Of a DNA stretch of 45,009 nt, positions 35,838 to 45,009 are shown in pieces. A program made the translations under genes and the position numbers. Location of the stretch: NCBI GenBank assembly GCA_905373275.1, contig CAJPSI010000001.1:1-45009 (forward strand), given 5' to 3'. How positions within the stretch are numbered: position 1 is the first letter of the stretch; each line of letters starts with the position of its first letter. Under the pieces are notes generated by a model. The model searched no databases. It saw nothing but the letters and a program-made list of their open reading frames with translations, and was not told the DNA's origin. The stretch comes from Candidatus Saccharibacteria bacterium UBA1103. GTDB lineage: Bacteria > Patescibacteriota > Saccharimonadia > Saccharimonadales > Saccharimonadaceae.

Positions 35838-37019
35838 CTAACCGGAAGCTAAGTCCAGCACCACCAGGTTCTCAATGTGGGGTGTGCGAGGGAAGAAGTT
35901 AAACGGTTGGCAAAGGACGGGGCGATAATCTGAGCCGAGACGGGCAATATCTCGAGCCTGGGTGACGGGATTACAGGAGAGGTAGATGAGACGAGGTGGC
36001 TTTACCTCGGCTAGACGGGCAACCAGCTTGCTATCCAGTCCGGCCCGAGGTGGGTCGACGATGATGGTAGCCTCAGGCGTGATATACTCTAACGCCTCTT
36101 CGGAACGGGCGTGTATAGCGGTGATATCAGGGTGATCATCGGGTAAATTGTGCTCCAGCTCGCCAAAGGCATGGCGATCGGTTTCAACCAAGGCTAACCG
36201 GCGGTCACGAGCCACCGATAGCCCGATAGTACCGACGCCGGCGTACATATCTACGACTTGGTCGGTGGTGATGAATGGCTTGATGGTCTGTAGCGCCAGC
36301 TGATAGACCGGCAGGTTGATCTGGAAGAAGCCGTTTGGCGAGTAGGTATAGCGGTGCCCTAATATAGTATCGCTAAGCTGTTTCATCTGAGGATGAGGCT
36401 GATTCATAGCAAAGAGAGCACTGCTGACTCGCCCTGCCCGGTCGCACCTGATCATGATTGATTGATAGTGTCGAGCTTGAGCTCCGGTGCTATTAAGCTG
36501 TTCGATCAGGCGATTAGCCTCTTGCCAAATCTCGACCCGTTCTATCGAGCTATGCTGTACGGCAATCTTGCGATGGCTACCCCGCTGGTGAAAAGCCGGG
36601 TAGATGCGCTCAGTCTGATGATCCCACCACAGTGAGTACTCCATCTTGTTGCGGTAGTGATAATACCGCCCATCGCTGACGATTTCGTTTGGCTCGATCT
36701 CCACCCGGTGCTGACGGAAAGCTTCTTTGACTAGCGCTACCTTATGCCGGCTTTCGGCAGACTCAGTCATGATCTGCCAGGGTGAAGTGGCGAGGAAGCA
36801 ATCGTCCCTCGGGGCGATCCGATCGGGCGACGGCTTGATGACCTCGGCGACGATGGCTTCGGCGTGAGTTTTCTTTAGCTTGGTTAGCCTGGCTAGAGCG
36901 GTCTCGCCCGGCAAAGCTCCCCAGACGAAGACTTTCCTGCCGTCAATTAGGTCGCCGATAGCTTGCCCGCCCGGGACCAGCTTCTCCAGCTTGACTACTT
37001 CCTTAATGACCCGCTTCAC
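35838..37019 (-). CDS. RlmD/TrmA-family RNA (uracil-5)-methyltransferase with TRAM domain
   Basis: GALPGE, YRNKME, FFQIN, DMYAGVGTIG, VDPPRAGL, YLSCNP, PRTPHIE. Likely GTG start 37019. Confidence 0.92.
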   Translation of the reverse strand: MKRVIKEVVKLEKLVPGGQAIGDLIDGRKVFVWGALPGETALARLTKLKKTHAEAIVAEVIKPSPDRIAPRDDCFLATSPWQIMTESAESRHKVALVKEAFRQHRVEIEPNEIVSDGRYYHYRNKMEYSLWWDHQTERIYPAFHQRGSHRKIAVQHSSIERVEIWQEANRLIEQLNSTGAQARHYQSIMIRCDRAGRVSSALFAMNQPHPQMKQLSDTILGHRYTYSPNGFFQINLPVYQLALQTIKPFITTDQVVDMYAGVGTIGLSVARDRRLALVETDRHAFGELEHNLPDDHPDITAIHARSEEALEYITPEATIIVDPPRAGLDSKLVARLAEVKPPRLIYLSCNPVTQARDIARLGSDYRPVLCQPFNFFPRTPHIENLVVLDLASG

Positions 37020-38940
37020 GTCTCTGACCCAGGATGATGAAACTAACCGGCTCGACGCCGATCTCGCTCTCGACCGGTTGAGGATTCTGCCACAGCCAGG
37101 TGTCATTGGTGGTAGCTAGAACCTGCCATTCACCGGTAAGGTTAAGGAGATGAGGCGCTTGATTACGATTATAGACGACCATCAGCTTAGCCCAGGGCGA
37201 CGAATGGTCTTGGTCGTCATTGTCTAGCGAATAGCCGACTATGCCGGGGGTGTGCCAACTATCATATTGACGCCGATGGGCACTCGGCGACTTGTCGTAG
37301 AGGGCGGGTAGTTGCTGACGAAGAGAGATTAGCCCTCGATAAAACTCGGCTAGTGACCGCTCTTCGCCTACCCTACTCCAGTCGAGCTGACTAAGCTCAA
37401 TTGGTGAGCGGTAGGAGTTGGTCTGGCCGTGCTTGGTCCGACGAAAAGTCGAGCCCGATAGCATGAAGGGTCGCCCCTGACAAGTCAGATAGATGCCGAC
37501 AGCGAGGCGGTACTGTTTGCGACGCAACGACTCGTCGGGCGTGGTACTGGTGAGCTTGTCCCAGAGAGTCTGATTGTCATGAGCGGAGACGTAGTTGATG
37601 ATCTGTGCCGGGTCGGCGACGTCTGAGCCCTCGCCACACCAAGCCACAGCACTCCTCAGGAGTGCTTCCTCTTTATCTGCCGCCCCATTGACGAAGCCGG
37701 CTTCCGCTATATTACCGGCCGATCCTTTAATGGCATCTCTGGTCTTGTCACAAAAGATGCCGATGCTGTGACTCAGGAGCTTAAGGTTGTCTCGATTAGC
37801 CAGCGGCTGTCCGTCCATAGCTGCGCTGCTACCGGCCGCCCAAGGCTCGCCGTAGATGAGCTTCTCGCCTGCTCCGAATTGTCGGTCAAGGAGATCTTGG
37901 ATTCGGTTCATCAGCTCTACCGTCAGTACTCCCATCAAGTCGAAGCGAAAACCGTCGAGGTGATACTCGTTTGCCCAGTAGAGGACGCTGTCGGTAATGT
38001 ATTTGGCTACCATTGGTCGCTCGCTGGCCAGATCGTTACCACACCCCGAGCCATTGGTAAGCTCACCGTCCTTGGTGCGATAGAAGTAATAAGGCATGGT
38101 CTGCTCTAGTGCCGTATCCAGGCTCCAGGTGTGATTGTAGACTACGTCCATAATCACTCGGAAGCCCTGCTGGTGGAGCGACTGGATGGCTCGTTTGAGC
38201 TCTCTGATGCGCACCTCGCCGTGGCAGGGATCGGTTGAGTATGAGCCCTCCGGCACATTGTAATTAACCGGGTCATAGCCCCAGTTAAACTCGCTACCGC
38301 TCCGCTCGTCGACCGAGCCGAAGTCATAGATGGGCATGAGCTGCAAGTGGGTGATGCCGATATGCTTGAGATAAGCCAACCCCGTCTTGGTCTGGCCGTC
38401 ACTATTCAGGCTGGTGTCGGGGATGGCCAGGGCTAAGAACTTGCCTCGCACCGGCTCGGCCCAGCCACCGGCCGGATCGGACGAAAACTCCTTGATGTGT
38501 ATCTCGTCAATGATTTGTTCCGGGGTGAGCTTGGGCGGGCGGTCGTTTAGCCAGTCGAGCGGATTGGTCCGGCTGAAGTCTACCAGCATAGCTCGCCTGC
38601 CATTGATGCCGGTAGTGCGAGCGTAAGGGTCGCCGGCTTGATGAGTCTCACCGTCAATGGTGATGGTGAAGTCGTAATAGATGCCATGAAAGCTACGGGG
38701 GGCTGACCATACCCAGACGCCGTTCGCCTGCTCAGTCATAGTGGCTTGCCAGTAAGGCTGGTCTGCCGATTTACCGTCGTGGTAGAAGTTGAGCTTGACG
38801 GCTTGGGCGACTGGACTCCATAGCTTGACCACGGTCTCCCGCTCCGTCACGGTAGCGCCGAGATCATTGCCGTCATAATAGTACTGCTGATGAAAATCAG
38901 CTGAGTCATATAGATCTGCCCACTGTTTGATCGTTCTCAC
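37003..38940 (-). CDS. pulA: Type I pullulanase (GH13)
   Basis: FNWGYDP, MDVVYNH, DGFRFDLMG, YGEPW, YVSAHDN; no signal peptide. Confidence 0.94.
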   Translation of the reverse strand: MRTIKQWADLYDSADFHQQYYYDGNDLGATVTERETVVKLWSPVAQAVKLNFYHDGKSADQPYWQATMTEQANGVWVWSAPRSFHGIYYDFTITIDGETHQAGDPYARTTGINGRRAMLVDFSRTNPLDWLNDRPPKLTPEQIIDEIHIKEFSSDPAGGWAEPVRGKFLALAIPDTSLNSDGQTKTGLAYLKHIGITHLQLMPIYDFGSVDERSGSEFNWGYDPVNYNVPEGSYSTDPCHGEVRIRELKRAIQSLHQQGFRVIMDVVYNHTWSLDTALEQTMPYYFYRTKDGELTNGSGCGNDLASERPMVAKYITDSVLYWANEYHLDGFRFDLMGVLTVELMNRIQDLLDRQFGAGEKLIYGEPWAAGSSAAMDGQPLANRDNLKLLSHSIGIFCDKTRDAIKGSAGNIAEAGFVNGAADKEEALLRSAVAWCGEGSDVADPAQIINYVSAHDNQTLWDKLTSTTPDESLRRKQYRLAVGIYLTCQGRPFMLSGSTFRRTKHGQTNSYRSPIELSQLDWSRVGEERSLAEFYRGLISLRQQLPALYDKSPSAHRRQYDSWHTPGIVGYSLDNDDQDHSSPWAKLMVVYNRNQAPHLLNLTGEWQVLATTNDTWLWQNPQPVESEIGVEPVSFIILGQRREAGH

Positions 38941-38993
38941 TAGCTGAATTATACCACGGCGCAGGCTCAGGATATGATAAACTAAAGCTAGTT

Positions 38994-39707
38994 ATGGTGA
39001 CTAATAAATCTGAGTCAAAGCCGATAATTTCGTTGCACCAAGTGACCAAAGTGTATGGCAAGGGCGACAATGCCGTCGAGGCGCTACGGGGTATCGACCT
39101 GGATATCAGCTCGGGCGAGGCGATAGCCATCATCGGTAGAAGCGGCAGCGGCAAGTCTACTCTAGCCCATGTCATGGCGACACTCGACAGACCGACTAGT
39201 GGCAAGGTATTGATCAATGGATCGGAGGTCGGACGGCGCTCCAGGCGTGCCTCCAATCGTCTACGCAATCAGGAGATCGGCTTCGTCTTCCAGCAATTCT
39301 TTATGAATGCCAGGGACAGTGTCTTAGACAACGTCATGTTGCCGATGGTGATCGCCGGGATTCGTCCTAAGTTGCGTCGCAAGCGGGCACTGGATGCTCT
39401 GGAGACAGTCGGACTGCTGGACAAGGCTTACGCTCGGGCGAGCGACCTGTCGGGCGGGCAGAAGCAGCGAGTTTGTATCGCTCGGGCGATTGTCAACAAG
39501 CCCTCCATCATCTTAGCCGATGAACCGACCGGCAATCTGGATACGGCGACCAGCCGAGTGGTGGAAGATATGCTCTTTCGACTTAATCAAGAGCGAGGCA
39601 TCACCTTGGTCATTGTTACCCACGATCCGGATTTAGCTCAGCGTTGCGGTCGGCAAGTTCGGATTGCCGATGGTCAAGTCGTCGGTGATCAAAAGGAGCG
39701 GAAATGA
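38994..39707 (+). CDS. ABC transporter ATP-binding protein (LolD/MacB-like)
   Basis: [34 protein letters not shown]. Confidence 0.96.
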   Translation: MVTNKSESKPIISLHQVTKVYGKGDNAVEALRGIDLDISSGEAIAIIGRSGSGKSTLAHVMATLDRPTSGKVLINGSEVGRRSRRASNRLRNQEIGFVFQQFFMNARDSVLDNVMLPMVIAGIRPKLRRKRALDALETVGLLDKAYARASDLSGGQKQRVCIARAIVNKPSIILADEPTGNLDTATSRVVEDMLFRLNQERGITLVIVTHDPDLAQRCGRQVRIADGQVVGDQKERK

Positions 39708-41008
39708 GACTTACGGATATTATCAAGCGAGCGAATCATAACCTATGGTGCAATCGTTCGAGAACTATCTTGACTACCCTGGCGATCACGGTCGGCTCGT
39801 TAACTATCATGTTGACCGTCGGCATCAATGCCGGAGTCAATGGCTATATCGACAAGCAGGTCGAGAGTACCGGTGGCAACGATATCATAGAGGTCATGCC
39901 TAAGGGTATAGCCGATCGGATGTCGAGCATGATGACGCTGGGAGCAACCGAGGTGCAGGAATACCGAAGTAATCAGGGGCAGAGTCAGCAGGTGTCACTG
40001 ACCGATCGTGACTTAGCCGGGATCAAGCGTCTCAAGGGGGTCAAGTTGGCCAAGCTAAGTGACCTCCTCTACCCGAGTTATATCACTCGTGATCGGGACG
40101 AGGCTAAGAAGTACAAGCTGACGGTCGGACCGCTGGCAGCCAGTAGCATCAAGCTGGATCTGGCGGCCGGTCGCAGTGTCCGGATTGACGGCTCAGAGGC
40201 GGAGGCTATCTTGCCTGATCGCTATCTGGAGCCGCTTGGCTTTAGTTCCGCCAAGCAGGCGGTAGGGCAGATGGTTCGAGTGGGCGTACCGCACCGGCTG
40301 GGTGGTCAGATAGATGAAGTGAAGATCAGAATAGTCGGTGTGCAGAACCAGAGTATAGTTGGCTTTGGTAGAGTCTTCCTGAACGATGCTGCAGGCCGAC
40401 TAGTCAGGAGTGCTTACCTGACCGGTATGCCCGAAGCCCTACAGAGCCAGCATGGCTTGATCATCATCCAGGTCAAGCCCGGCTACGAGTCGAAAGAAAA
40501 ACTGGCTCAGATCAAGCAGGAGCTGACCAATATGGGCTACAGCAGTATCTCGGAGGATGATTATATTTCGTCGATCAAGCTCTTCTTTAACGCCATCACG
40601 GTGATCCTGACTATCTTTGGGGTGATCGCTCTGATCACTGCTTCGATCGGTATAGTCAATACCTTGCTGATGTCAGTGCAGGAGCGCACTCGTGAGATCG
40701 GCCTGATGAAAGCGATGGGGCTAAGCTCGGGGCGGATCTTTGCCCTATTTAGCCTGGAGGCGGTAAGCTTAGGCTTCTGGGGTGGGATGCTGGCGGCCGG
40801 TCTGGCGGTGGTGATCAAGCAGACAGTTAATCCGTGGGCAGGGCGTAACTTCCTGTCCGGCTTACCCGGCTTCAATCTGATCGAGCTTAACCCTCTCTAT
40901 GTCGGGGCGATCGTGGTGATAGTCATGGTGGTGGCTTTCCTGGCCGGTACGTTGCCGGCTAAACGAGCGACCAAGCAAGACCCCATTCAGGCGTTGCGCT
41001 ACGAGTAA
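39704..41008 (+). CDS. ABC transporter permease, MacB/FtsX family
   Basis: RTILTTLAITVG, GIVNTLLMSVQERTREIGLMKAMG, DPIQALRYE. Confidence 0.94.
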   Translation: MRLTDIIKRANHNLWCNRSRTILTTLAITVGSLTIMLTVGINAGVNGYIDKQVESTGGNDIIEVMPKGIADRMSSMMTLGATEVQEYRSNQGQSQQVSLTDRDLAGIKRLKGVKLAKLSDLLYPSYITRDRDEAKKYKLTVGPLAASSIKLDLAAGRSVRIDGSEAEAILPDRYLEPLGFSSAKQAVGQMVRVGVPHRLGGQIDEVKIRIVGVQNQSIVGFGRVFLNDAAGRLVRSAYLTGMPEALQSQHGLIIIQVKPGYESKEKLAQIKQELTNMGYSSISEDDYISSIKLFFNAITVILTIFGVIALITASIGIVNTLLMSVQERTREIGLMKAMGLSSGRIFALFSLEAVSLGFWGGMLAAGLAVVIKQTVNPWAGRNFLSGLPGFNLIELNPLYVGAIVVIVMVVAFLAGTLPAKRATKQDPIQALRYE

Positions 41009-41105
41009 CGGGTAGCCGAGATGGATCTCGTGCCGGCACTTATAGGTGAAAGTCGGCTTGATGTCTCTTCGGCTGAAGTGGTGGCCTCTCGCCTACCTCG
41101 GCTAT

Positions 41106-42884
41106 CTAGTCATCAGAGCGGAAGAGATAGTGGAGATAATCTCGCATCATCCTGGCACCGCAAATAGTGGTAAGGTAACCGGCTAAGGTAGTGGCGACGG
41201 CGTCGCTCCAGCGATCGTCGTGGCGACAGATATTGATGGCTTGGCGCAGGCGACTGTAGAGCGAGCTTACCTCCTCCTGATAGTCGTCGCCGCTAACCAG
41301 CAGAGCAGTCGGTGGAGCAACATCAGCAACGCCACCGTCATTGGTGGTCACCAGTAATGCTAAGTTGGCTAGGTCTTTCATAAATGACGTGCCACAGGCC
41401 TCCAAGCCGACTACCGGCACATTGACTGAGATATCTGAGCCGAAGCTCATCGCTCTAGCCAGGTTCTCGTCATAGTCGGTGATGTAGTGAACTCGCCGCC
41501 TGAGGACCGGGTCGTCAGCGATACGCTGTAGCATACTTGCCAGCTTCCGGTAGGTAGAATCATTGGCTGAGACATTACCGGCGATCATCCCCGCCATAAT
41601 GTAATGAGCGTTGTAACTAACCAAGATACCCTTGAGCTGCTCGATATCCTCGAAAGGCATCCAGGGGCGCTTGTACTCAACAAAACGGCGCTTGTACTCC
41701 AGTAGGATAGCGTCCTCAGGGATCTGGACTACAGCCCCATACTGGTCTTGTCGATGAGCCAGCTCACTATTGAGCTGAGCTCTACCCTGCTGCTTGAGCT
41801 GACGCAGCCGGCTAAGATTGGTTCGAAAGATCCGGCGAATCTGGTCGGCAGTTGCCGCTCCGGGCATGTTGAAGCGATCAATGATGCCGCTGTGCTTGTA
41901 GAAATCAAGTAGCTCCGGCTTAACCCAGCTCTGCAGGTGGATGCCATTAGTGATAGCGCTGAAGTGGGTTTTCTCGCCCGACAGGTCGTGATAATCAGCT
42001 ACCTTGGCGTGGAGCTTGGAGACGCAGTTCTTCGCCTCGGCCAGCTCGATCGTCAGGCTGCTGAGCTGTAGGCAGCCGTCTCGGAATAGACCACCGATGT
42101 AGTGGTCAACTGCCGGTGATTTGATATTGGGAAAGACGAAGCGGTCGAACTGCTCGTAGCTGAACTGCGACTCGGCGGCTTGCACTAAGGTGTGATTGGT
42201 ATAGAGAGTGTGCTTGCGAACGTAGACGATCGCCTCATACAGATTCATACCGTTACTACAGAGCTCATCCAGACGAGCTACGGCGGCGAAGACGGTGGCA
42301 GTCTCGTTGAGCTGGATAACGGCGGGCTTAAGGTCAGCCATCTTGAGGGCGGCGTAGCCACCGAAGCCGAGCGATGTCATCTGATAGAGACGGTGGTCAC
42401 TGGAAGGCGTATCGCAGTAGAGCGGCCCGAAGTTGGGCTCGGTCATACAGAGGAAACGACTGCTGCCCAGCTGCTTCTGGTAGATATCAAGTGTAGCGTC
42501 AGGCTTGTCTTTGATATGAAGCACCACCTGCCCGATCGCCTGAAAACCTTCCGCCTCGGGGCTACGGCTAACGTAATCGTCATGTGGCTCAAGTTTCTCC
42601 AGGCGCTGGTGTCGCTCAGTCTGGTAGAAAGGAGTTAAAGTGACAAAGGGTATCTCCAGGTCCTCCGCCACTCGACGGGTGTCGGCAGCCAGCACGCCCA
42701 ACCCCCCTGCCCCACGGATACCATTAGCCTGGTCGTAGACCTCCATGGTGGTGTAGACGTATGGTCGCACGGGGCTGATCTTGTGGATCAGGTTGCGGCG
42801 GTCAATCGTCTGGTAAAACTCAGCGACATCTTCAATTTTAGCTTGGGAAGCCCGCTGCTTCCCTTTCGGTACTTGCCCACTCAT
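41106..42884 (-). CDS. glgP: Alpha-glucan (glycogen/maltodextrin) phosphorylase, compact GT35
   Basis: GGLGVLAAD, LNE, YTNHT, ITNGIH, RRFVEYKRP and PLP-Lys motif EACGTSFMK. Confidence 0.88.
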   Translation of the reverse strand: MSGQVPKGKQRASQAKIEDVAEFYQTIDRRNLIHKISPVRPYVYTTMEVYDQANGIRGAGGLGVLAADTRRVAEDLEIPFVTLTPFYQTERHQRLEKLEPHDDYVSRSPEAEGFQAIGQVVLHIKDKPDATLDIYQKQLGSSRFLCMTEPNFGPLYCDTPSSDHRLYQMTSLGFGGYAALKMADLKPAVIQLNETATVFAAVARLDELCSNGMNLYEAIVYVRKHTLYTNHTLVQAAESQFSYEQFDRFVFPNIKSPAVDHYIGGLFRDGCLQLSSLTIELAEAKNCVSKLHAKVADYHDLSGEKTHFSAITNGIHLQSWVKPELLDFYKHSGIIDRFNMPGAATADQIRRIFRTNLSRLRQLKQQGRAQLNSELAHRQDQYGAVVQIPEDAILLEYKRRFVEYKRPWMPFEDIEQLKGILVSYNAHYIMAGMIAGNVSANDSTYRKLASMLQRIADDPVLRRRVHYITDYDENLARAMSFGSDISVNVPVVGLEACGTSFMKDLANLALLVTTNDGGVADVAPPTALLVSGDDYQEEVSSLYSRLRQAINICRHDDRWSDAVATTLAGYLTTICGARMMRDYLHYLFRSDD

Positions 42885-42946
42885 AACTACCCTTCATTGT
42901 ATCAGACTAACACTGCTTATGCTAATGCCGGTGCATCAGAGCAAGA

Positions 42947-44203
42947 TTAGGCGCCTAGCGCACTGATGGGGATAATGTTGATGCCGTCGGGACGGGTATA
43001 GGCATAGCCCGAGCCGATGATGACGTTGCGAGAGACGATCCGGCGACCTTTAGCTTCGATGACGTTGTTAGTGAAAGCTGTCAGCGACTTGACTCCGTCG
43101 TCAATATAGCCCTCTCCCAGCTTAATCTCAAAGACGGCACAATCACCGTTGGGTTTCTGTACGATAGCGTCTGCTTCCAGGCCTAGCGAGTCACGATAAT
43201 AGTAAACCTCGGCGTCGAGCCGGCTAGCGTATACTCGTAGGTCGTGAATGACTTGAGACTCAAAGACGAAGCCGGCGTAGTTAAGGTCGTTTAGTAGTGC
43301 TGCTGAGTCCAATCCTAGACTGGCGATAGCTAATGAGGTGTCGGCGAAGTGCCATTTAGGGGCTTTGCGAAGCTTGGCGGATGAGCGAATGTGGGTATTC
43401 CAGGCAGGCTGGTTCTCGATGATCATCAGGCGGTCAAGCGTCTCAAGGTAGTCCGTGATGGTGGGTCGAGAAATATCTTCGTTGTCATTTTGCTTGATGT
43501 CCTTAGTGAGAGTGGCTACTTCGGCAACTGTCGAGACATTGCGAGCCAGAGACTGTAGTAATGATCTTACTCTGACCGGGTCACGTTTTACTCCGGAGAC
43601 CCGACTCATATCCACTTCGGCGAGAAGCTTGACATAAGAGGCGTTGATTTGACGAGCGCCGGCTTCATCCATGTCGATTAGTCCGGGCCAGCCACCGATG
43701 ACCAGCCAGCTAATCAGGTCGTGAATATTCGTCCGATATTCTCGACTAGTGATAGACTGCCCGTCAAATAGCCTAGCCAATGATACATATCCATCGCAGT
43801 GACCCAGCTCCTGCCAGGACATGGTGCGCATTTTGAGCTCGATGAAGCGACCGGCTCCGGAATGCATGCCGATATCTTCGGTCGGGTTGGCTGACCCGGT
43901 CAGGATAAATTGACCTCGGTCACTCCGCTCATCGACCGCATGTCGGACGTAGTTCCAGAGCCGTGGCTGGACTTGCCATTCGTCAATCAGCCTCGGTGTA
44001 TTGCCGGATAGTAGAATATTGGGGTCAATATTCATGATATTCGGCACCTGAGGGTCACGATCGACTTGTAAAGTACTGGCAGCCTGTTGCTTGGCTGTCT
44101 CAGACTTACCGCAAGCCTTTGGTCCACGGATTAGCACGGCACCGGCTATCTTGAGAGCGTTAGCCAGCTCCTGGTCAACTAAACGAGGGACATATCTCTT
44201 CAT
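42947..44203 (-). CDS. AAA_14 ATPase with DUF4143 (nuclease-like) C-terminus
   Basis: GPKACGKS, LIDEWQ, FILTGSA, SGAGR, GGWP, FESQV, YYYRD...EADAIV...FEIKLG. Confidence 0.92.
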   Translation of the reverse strand: MKRYVPRLVDQELANALKIAGAVLIRGPKACGKSETAKQQAASTLQVDRDPQVPNIMNIDPNILLSGNTPRLIDEWQVQPRLWNYVRHAVDERSDRGQFILTGSANPTEDIGMHSGAGRFIELKMRTMSWQELGHCDGYVSLARLFDGQSITSREYRTNIHDLISWLVIGGWPGLIDMDEAGARQINASYVKLLAEVDMSRVSGVKRDPVRVRSLLQSLARNVSTVAEVATLTKDIKQNDNEDISRPTITDYLETLDRLMIIENQPAWNTHIRSSAKLRKAPKWHFADTSLAIASLGLDSAALLNDLNYAGFVFESQVIHDLRVYASRLDAEVYYYRDSLGLEADAIVQKPNGDCAVFEIKLGEGYIDDGVKSLTAFTNNVIEAKGRRIVSRNVIIGSGYAYTRPDGINIIPISALGA

Positions 44204-44225
44204 TGGGACTATTTAAGCATATGAC

Positions 44226-44284
44226 TTTACATTTTTCCACTGATTCATTTTACATATTTCCGGCATTTTAGTTTACAATTTTCT
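44226..44284. repeat. Three imperfect 13-bp direct repeats with 23-bp period
   Basis: TTTACATTTTTCC (44226), TTTACATATTTCC (44249), TTTACAATTTTCT (44272). Confidence 0.75.
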
Positions 44285-44300
44285 AATGCTTATGCTTAGT

Positions 44301-45009
44301 CTAGTGAGAATGAGCACCGGCTAGCTTGGTCGGACTTGATTGGTGTTTGGCTCGGTATGACATGGCGAAGGCTAGCAAAGATAGGCTGATCACCAAGGTG
44401 ACAGTCATGTAGATGTACGAGGCGGTAACCGACGACTCGGTGATACCGCCGGCGATGGCGGAGCGAATGGTGGTCAGCGAGTATGCCATGGGGACTACTT
44501 GGTGAAGAGCTTGATATAACCCCGGCGAGGTCTCGATCGGGAAAGTGCCGCCGGCTGAGCCGAGCGATAGAATCATGATCACCATACCGATGAAGCGTCC
44601 GATATTACCCATTGATATGGCGAGGAAGAGATTGAGAAACATCATGGCATTAGCATAGAGGATAAGGATGGCGTAGAAGCGGACGGGGTTAGCCAAGTGA
44701 AAGCCGACTCCCTGCATGATCGCTCCCATGATCAGCGCCATAGCAGTGGCGACGCCGGCACCGATGGTGACCTTGCTAAGATACCAGCCTCGCCAACTAC
44801 CCTGCCGGTCAGCTTTACGCTCTACCGGGTAGATTGAACAGAAGACCAAACAACCGACGAAGATAGCGACCGAGAAGAAGTACGGCGCCAGGCCGTGGGC
44901 GTAGTTAGGAACCTGGCTCTGGCGCTGATGCTCCAGGGTGACCGGCTGACTAATCTGGCGAGCGGTTTTGCCAGATAGTGGTGTCTTGGCGACGGTGTCG
45001 GCGCCGGAT
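44301..45009 (-). CDS. YhgE/Pip family membrane protein, C-terminal part; runs off the right edge
   Basis: The frame stays open to the window end: ISQPVTL...VPNYAHGLAPYFFSVAIFVG...SAGGTFPIETSP. Confidence 0.88.
   Translation of the reverse strand, partial: SGADTVAKTPLSGKTARQISQPVTLEHQRQSQVPNYAHGLAPYFFSVAIFVGCLVFCSIYPVERKADRQGSWRGWYLSKVTIGAGVATAMALIMGAIMQGVGFHLANPVRFYAILILYANAMMFLNLFLAISMGNIGRFIGMVIMILSLGSAGGTFPIETSPGLYQALHQVVPMAYSLTTIRSAIAGGITESSVTASYIYMTVTLVISLSLLAFAMSYRAKHQSSPTKLAGAHSH

Noticed and set aside
41030..41080. Hammerhead ribozyme
   Set aside because: GAAA and CUGA-like words are present but not in the required order or stem context, and there is no CUGANGA core
1..45009. Prophage, IS element, integron or retron
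   Set aside because: No integrase, transposase, reverse transcriptase, phage structural gene or repeated attC-like site was recognised

Overview
Bacterial chromosomal segment, genetic code 11, visually about 50-55% GC. Gene content points to Saccharibacteria (TM7, Patescibacteria/CPR); this is inferred from the CPR-type VirD4-like gene, topA-dprA, PEGA protein, sortase, DUF2207 paralogs and single-chain UvrD-nuclease. Most genes are on the minus strand: a truncated VirD4-like gene, topA, dprA, a KwaB-like gene, a NYN nuclease, rnhA, three tandem DUF2207 genes, der, an aspartoacylase-like gene, sortase, an orphan DNA methyltransferase, HD and NUDIX hydrolases, dus, a UvrD helicase-nuclease, Ham1, CYTH, two DUF3592-like genes, an ABC exporter, an RlmD-like gene, pullulanase, glucan phosphorylase, an AAA/DUF4143 ATPase and a truncated YhgE/Pip gene. 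The plus strand carries the PEGA protein, an HhH-GPD glycosylase, tRNA-Leu(TAA), a hypothetical gene and a second ABC exporter. The most striking unexplained signals are non-coding. Two intergenic regions flanking topA-dprA (about 1200-1690 minus and 5542-5826 plus) each have a consensus-like sigma70 promoter and many nested helices with pseudoknot potential, and I could not match either to a known RNA class. There is also a pseudoknotted riboswitch-like leader on the aspartoacylase-like gene, a terminator-containing leader on the NYN RNase gene, a gene-conversion tract between DUF2207 paralogs and widespread leaderless gene starts. All calls were made by eye, with no database search or folding software.
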